64,000 bases of DNA from Candidatus Rifleibacteriota bacterium (GTDB lineage: Bacteria > Muiribacteriota > Ozemobacteria > Ozemobacterales > Ozemobacteraceae): assembly GCA_028689875.1 (NCBI GenBank), contig JAQVCG010000002.1, forward strand, positions 3,086 to 67,085, written 5' to 3'. Position numbers and translations under genes: made by a program. How positions within the stretch are numbered: position 1 is the first letter of the stretch; every line of letters begins with the position of its first letter. Shown piece by piece: positions 60,022-64,000 of the stretch. The notes below the pieces were generated by a model, which did no database searches, was not told where the DNA came from, and worked only from the letters and a program-made list of their open reading frames with translations.

Positions 60022-60050
60022 ATACTAGATAGTATTTAATGAAATTTCAA
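60022..60050 (-). promoter_or_regulatory. sigma70-type promoter of speA-ptrB
   Basis: TTGAAA-N17-TAGTAT on the minus strand. Confidence 0.5.
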
Positions 60051-60051
60051 C

Positions 60052-60092
60052 AAAAAAAAGCAGCTTTATCAAGTTAAAGATAAAGCTGCTTT
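60052..60092 (-). terminator. intrinsic terminator of the ECF operon
   Basis: 14-bp stem AAAGCAGCTTTATC / GATAAAGCTGCTTT with 8-nt loop; U-run on the minus strand. Confidence 0.85.
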
Positions 60093-60105
60093 AGAAATCA
60101 AGTAA

Positions 60106-60696
60106 TTATTTGTTAAGTGAAATTATTTTTTTATACAATTCTTCTGCTTTTTCGAGGCGATTGTTCTTTTTGTAAATTTCTGTGAGTTTCAGCATTAGTC
60201 TTACGGTTTCGCTTGGGAAATCTTTTTGATATTCAGAAATTCCTTTTTCGAGAAGAGCTTCAGCATCTTTGTCTTTATTGTTTTTCAAGTAAAGCATTGT
60301 TATGTGTTCATAAACGGGTATTATATTTCTTATTACCCTTGCGCGTTTCTGAGTGTTTTCATTAGCAAAGTCTTTTGATTTAGAATTAAATAGTTCGATT
60401 ATTTTATATAATTCTGCTGCTGCTTCATCAATTTTACCTTGACCTTCATAAATCTCTGCAAGTCCGCGATGAGCTTCAGCAGTTGCAAGAGTTTGGTTCA
60501 TTTTGTGTTTCATTTCCATCATTTCAGGGTTTCCTGGTTTGATGTGTTTGTTCGGTGGATAATCATTATGCATCTGACCGTTTTTAAAAAATGGGGGTTC
60601 AGGTTCTTGGTTTTGATGCATCGGAATTTGACCAAAGGCCAATGAAGAAGTTAATAAAAGAACCGCCAGAATTAGAATTTTAGAATTAGCCGTCAT
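60106..60696 (-). CDS. secreted TPR protein with Met/His/Pro-rich N-terminus
   Basis: Start refined to ATG 60696 (RBS GAGGAGG); signal ending LAFG; TPR-like LAEIYEGQGKIDEA and LTEIYKKNNRLEKAEELYKK. Confidence 0.8.
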   Translation of the reverse strand: MTANSKILILAVLLLTSSLAFGQIPMHQNQEPEPPFFKNGQMHNDYPPNKHIKPGNPEMMEMKHKMNQTLATAEAHRGLAEIYEGQGKIDEAAAELYKIIELFNSKSKDFANENTQKRARVIRNIIPVYEHITMLYLKNNKDKDAEALLEKGISEYQKDFPSETVRLMLKLTEIYKKNNRLEKAEELYKKIISLNK

Positions 60697-61243
60697 AGTT
60701 TTCCTCCTCAAGATTAATTTGGTAAAAATTTAGGTCTTCACTAGAATCTAACGAATAAAAATCAGATATTTCTGATTTTTGATTCTCGAAAAAATTAAGG
60801 TTTGCATAGCTGCTTTCGTTTATAAAGCTTGGAATGTCTTTAATACTACTTTCAAAGACTATAAACGGCGGTATTTGGGGAGAATTATTAAACGCGTTTT
60901 GTTTAGATTCATTTCTCATTTCAACTATGGCAAGACCGCAAATAATAGATAAGCCAAACACTAACCCGTATTTTAGGCCTGAAAGATAAGTGCTTAAGAG
61001 GCTTTTATTTTCGTTAATAACAACATTTTCCTTTTTAATAATTGATTCAGGAAAACACTTTTGAGGGGCGTTTAACAAGGAAAGCTCCTTAATGCCATCA
61101 GGAGAAGTAAGAAGGAGGTTGTCAAGCCAAGTATTGCAGGTTTTGCACTCATTTAAATGACTTTCTAGGGCTTTTTCATCTTGCTCTGAAAACGTTGATT
61201 GATGTGCGCTATTTAATCGTTTACGGAATTCTTCACACTTCAT
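60686..61243 (-). CDS. zinc-finger (zf-HC2) anti-sigma factor
   Basis: MKCEE...HLNECKTC; single TM segment YGLVFGLSIICGLAIV. Confidence 0.85.
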   Translation of the reverse strand: MKCEEFRKRLNSAHQSTFSEQDEKALESHLNECKTCNTWLDNLLLTSPDGIKELSLLNAPQKCFPESIIKKENVVINENKSLLSTYLSGLKYGLVFGLSIICGLAIVEMRNESKQNAFNNSPQIPPFIVFESSIKDIPSFINESSYANLNFFENQKSEISDFYSLDSSEDLNFYQINLEEENYDG

Positions 61244-61769
61244 TGGTTCCTACCTCCTTTTCATTAAATCTTGTCCAAATTTCTGAAAAATGCTTCCTAG
61301 CTCTGTATAATACTATTTTAGCGTTGTTTTCATTTATCTCTAGAACCTCTGCAACATCTTTTAAAGGCAAATCATCATGGTACACTAAGAGCAATATTGT
61401 CCGCTCTCTTTCATTTAAAAGATTTAGAACTTTTTCAACGTCTAATTTAGTATTTATAATATTAGTTTCGGCTTCATTGTTTTTTATTAATTCATTTGGA
61501 CTAATTTCTTTGTTCTGTTTAATTATTCTCAGTGAATTTCTATACATTATCTTGTATAACCAAGTTCGGAACTTTGAGTTTCCTTTAAAACTTGCAATTG
61601 CTTTGAATGCGGCAGAAAAGGTGTCTTGAATAGTGTCTTCTGCCATAGTTCTGTTACCTAATATACGAAATGCATTAGAGAATAAGAAATCGGCATGATT
61701 CGTAAAAAGGTTTTTAAACCCTTCTTGTCTTCCTTGTTTCGCTAGTTTTATCGCTTCTTCATCGTTCAT
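61233..61769 (-). CDS. ECF RNA polymerase sigma-70 factor
   Basis: AEDTIQDTF, SKFRTWLYKI, LPLKDVAEVL, VLYRARK. Confidence 0.93.
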   Translation of the reverse strand: MNDEEAIKLAKQGRQEGFKNLFTNHADFLFSNAFRILGNRTMAEDTIQDTFSAAFKAIASFKGNSKFRTWLYKIMYRNSLRIIKQNKEISPNELIKNNEAETNIINTKLDVEKVLNLLNERERTILLLVYHDDLPLKDVAEVLEINENNAKIVLYRARKHFSEIWTRFNEKEVGTNEV

Positions 61770-61775
61770 GTAATA

Positions 61776-61805
61776 TTAGAGGTGGCAAGTTCACAATTGG
61801 TTACA
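61776..61805 (-). promoter_or_regulatory. candidate ECF autoregulatory promoter
   Basis: Minus strand TGTAACC-N16-CCTCTAA, 6 nt before the sigma ATG. Confidence 0.5.
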
Positions 61806-61813
61806 AAAAATAC

Positions 61814-61842
61814 TTGCTCGGCTAAAAGATTTACTGTATAAA
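61814..61842 (+). promoter_or_regulatory. sigma70-type promoter, probably leaderless, for the Na/Pi cotransporter
   Basis: TTGCTC-N17-TATAAA, 7 nt before ATG 61850. Confidence 0.45.
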
Positions 61843-61849
61843 TACGCAC

Positions 61850-63589
61850 ATGTCAAATAAACTTATTAAAAAGCGTTTTAAACAGTTCTCTAAATGGTCT
61901 GCCTTAGCTATTTTCTTGTTCATAATTGTGTTTTTGCACATGAAGTTTGGTAAGCAAGCGAGGGATAGTTTCTTTTTGTTTTCCGGTGGACTTGGCATGT
62001 TTGTCTATGGCATGAGCATGATGAGTATCAGTTTACAAGTTATTGCAGGTAATAGCTTAAAAACCATTATTTCTACGCTAACAAAAAATAACTTTTTTGC
62101 TATGTTAACCGGGATTGTAATTACTGCAATTATTCAAAGTAGTTCTGCTACAACTGTTATGGTTGTGGGTTTTGTTAATGCAGGATTGATGTCTCTTAAA
62201 CAAGCCATCGGCATAATACTTGGTGCTAATGTCGGTACAACGGTTACTGCGCAACTTATTGCTTTTAAACTGACTGATATTGCGTGGCCAATATTGGCTA
62301 TCGGAAGCGCATTAGTCTTTATGGCTAAACGCAAAAACAATAAAGCCATAGGAGAAACCTTGGTAGGTTTTGCCTTATTGTTTTTAGGAATGAAATTTAT
62401 GGGCGAACCTCTGCTTGAATATAAAGAGCACGAAGTGTTTAAGCAAATATTTATTTCATTCTCAGAGAATAGATTCCTGGGGGTTCTTGCCGGACTCTTA
62501 GTGACGCTGTTTGTGCAAAGTAGCTCAGCAACAGTTGGCTTAACTATGAGTTTAATAGGGAGCGGAGCTTTTGGATCTGACCCGTTTGTGGCTCTGATGT
62601 CTGCGATTCCGATAATTATGGGCGACAATATTGGAACCTGTATTACAGCAATTCTTGCTTCTATAGGTACAAATACAAATGCAAGAAGAGCAGCACTTGC
62701 TCACTTATCATTAAATATGTGCGGAACTATTTTGGTGCTACCTTTCCTTGACCGTTACTGTAAACTTATTGCATTAACTTCAAATGATTTAATGCGGCAG
62801 GTGGCTAATGCTCACACTGTCTTTAATGTCGTTATTGTTTGTATTTTTTTACCTTTAATTGAACAATTAAAAAAACTGATTTTGTTTATAATCCCAATTT
62901 CAGAAAATGAAGAAATTCACTTATCAAACCTTGATAAACGTTTCCTTCAAGCGCCTCCAATAGCTCTTGATCAAGCGGAATCTCATTTGAAAATTGTAGC
63001 TGATGTTGTTAAGAATAAAATAAATATTATTCTTGCTGTCCTTAGACAAAAACCAACTAATAATGATGAAATTATTGAAGAATATGCAAGATTTGAGGAA
63101 TACTCTAAACAGCGAAAACAGATCGGAAAAGACTTAAATCAGTTCCTAATTTATTTAGCTCAAAAAGAACTTTCTGATGAGATGAGCCGCGAGGTTACCA
63201 GATTGATATACATAAACAAAGATCTTGAAATATTAGCCGCACAACTCAGCAAGTTTATGGGAGTATTATTTGAACAAGCAGAAAAAAATATTATGATTTC
63301 AGAATCCGGAAAAGAAGAGTTAAACATATGTTTAACAAGACTGAGCGAAATATTTACTGCCTTAATAAGCTTTAAAAATCTGACAGATAATCAATCAGCA
63401 GATATTTCTTTGATGATAAACACACAAAACCTGCTTATTTCTGAGGCAAGAAATTCATTGGTTTCACGAATCAGATCTTCTGAGCACAGTCCCTATGAAA
63501 GCATTATCTTGCTCGATTCTTTACGAAGCATGGATAGCTTGTTAAGTTCAATGCGCTATACTTTCGATCATTTATTCTATAAATTCTAA
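61850..63589 (+). CDS. Na+/Pi cotransporter family protein with PhoU-like C-terminal region
   Basis: Two QSSSAT motifs, GANVGTT, GDNIGTCITA, ANAHTVFN, LDKRFL.APPIAL. Confidence 0.92.
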   Translation: MSNKLIKKRFKQFSKWSALAIFLFIIVFLHMKFGKQARDSFFLFSGGLGMFVYGMSMMSISLQVIAGNSLKTIISTLTKNNFFAMLTGIVITAIIQSSSATTVMVVGFVNAGLMSLKQAIGIILGANVGTTVTAQLIAFKLTDIAWPILAIGSALVFMAKRKNNKAIGETLVGFALLFLGMKFMGEPLLEYKEHEVFKQIFISFSENRFLGVLAGLLVTLFVQSSSATVGLTMSLIGSGAFGSDPFVALMSAIPIIMGDNIGTCITAILASIGTNTNARRAALAHLSLNMCGTILVLPFLDRYCKLIALTSNDLMRQVANAHTVFNVVIVCIFLPLIEQLKKLILFIIPISENEEIHLSNLDKRFLQAPPIALDQAESHLKIVADVVKNKINIILAVLRQKPTNNDEIIEEYARFEEYSKQRKQIGKDLNQFLIYLAQKELSDEMSREVTRLIYINKDLEILAAQLSKFMGVLFEQAEKNIMISESGKEELNICLTRLSEIFTALISFKNLTDNQSADISLMINTQNLLISEARNSLVSRIRSSEHSPYESIILLDSLRSMDSLLSSMRYTFDHLFYKF

Positions 63590-63605
63590 TCTGTAAAAAT
63601 ACTGC

Positions 63606-63634
63606 TTGATACTACTTTGCGCAAATGTTATTGT
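63606..63634 (+). promoter_or_regulatory. sigma70-type promoter
   Basis: TTGATA-N17-TATTGT with TGn extension. Confidence 0.45.
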
Positions 63635-63663
63635 TGATTTAATCTAATAATAGGGTGAAACAA

Positions 63664-64000
63664 ATGAATGATGCTCAAAATCTATTGAATTTGAAAGAGG
63701 TATCACAACTTCTAAAAATTAATCCTGAGGTTTTGAGAAGATGGTTGCGAAACGGGAAACTCAAGGGTATTAAAGTGGGAAGTGATTGGCGTGTATACTA
63801 TTCTGATTTACGTGTCTTTCTTAATCAGCCCTTAACAGTTTCTTCTGAATCTCGCAATGCTCAAACTGCTGATAATACGCCTAAAATGTGTATTAGATTT
63901 CCAAAATGGCTGGAGTTTTCCGGGTTGCCTTTATATTTCAATGAAACCTATGGTCCTGAGACTTGGCCAATTTTTAAAAAACTTATCGAGCTTGATTTTG
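63664..64000 (+). CDS. excisionase-type (HTH_17) DNA-binding domain protein, partial
   Basis: Manual translation MNDAQNLLNLKEVSQLLKINPEVLRRWLRNGKLKGIKVGSDWRV...; the frame stays open to the window end. Confidence 0.85.
   Translation, partial: MNDAQNLLNLKEVSQLLKINPEVLRRWLRNGKLKGIKVGSDWRVYYSDLRVFLNQPLTVSSESRNAQTADNTPKMCIRFPKWLEFSGLPLYFNETYGPETWPIFKKLIELDF

Noticed and set aside
3500..62628. Many 60-183-aa ORFs antisense to or nested in long genes (e.g. 13342-13833, 14167-14718, 20447-20989, 39401-39916, 62134-62628)
   Set aside because: They overlap well-supported genes and show no motifs; they are typical shadow ORFs

Overview
Gene-dense, AT-rich bacterial chromosomal segment with about 55 CDS. 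I saw no rRNA, tRNA, CRISPR array, integrase or transposase. The gene content suggests an anaerobic peptide/amino-acid fermenter; the protein style gives an unverified impression of Ca. Riflebacteria. Main blocks: (1) glgE 3' end, AlkA-family glycosylase, ettA and an 832-aa secreted protein with a toxin-like hydrophobic hairpin; (2) a minus-strand operon DUF1015, pdxK, HAD::NTPase fusion, hypothetical; (3) a long plus-strand run with nucleoside phosphorylase, hybrid histidine kinase, YitT, uup, 5'-nucleotidase, RluA-family synthase, M55 peptidase, an EF-hand membrane protein and a sugar ABC transporter with fused binding protein/permease; (4) recN; (5) a cluster of TPR protein, giant PilX-like pilin, ECF sigma, anti-sigma, two minor pilins and a LysM protein; (6) a B12 glutamate mutase operon (glmS-glmL-glmE-mal) with a structured leader, extended by AtuA-like, DUF4387 and P-loop::tRNA-editing-like genes, with no recognisable mesaconase or citramalate lyase; (7) two 692-aa oligopeptidase A paralogs bracketing a minimal, divergent GspE/GspF/pseudopilin cluster and a dif-like 28-mer; (8) ptrB-speA, a second ECF/anti-sigma/TPR triad, a Na/Pi cotransporter and a partial excisionase-type HTH gene. 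The best candidates for undescribed biology are the three-gene extension of the methylaspartate operon (possible alternative mesaconate route plus possible tRNA quality control against 3-methylaspartate) and the pilin operon with an embedded ECF sigma/anti-sigma pair. All family calls come from motif recognition by eye; no searches were run.
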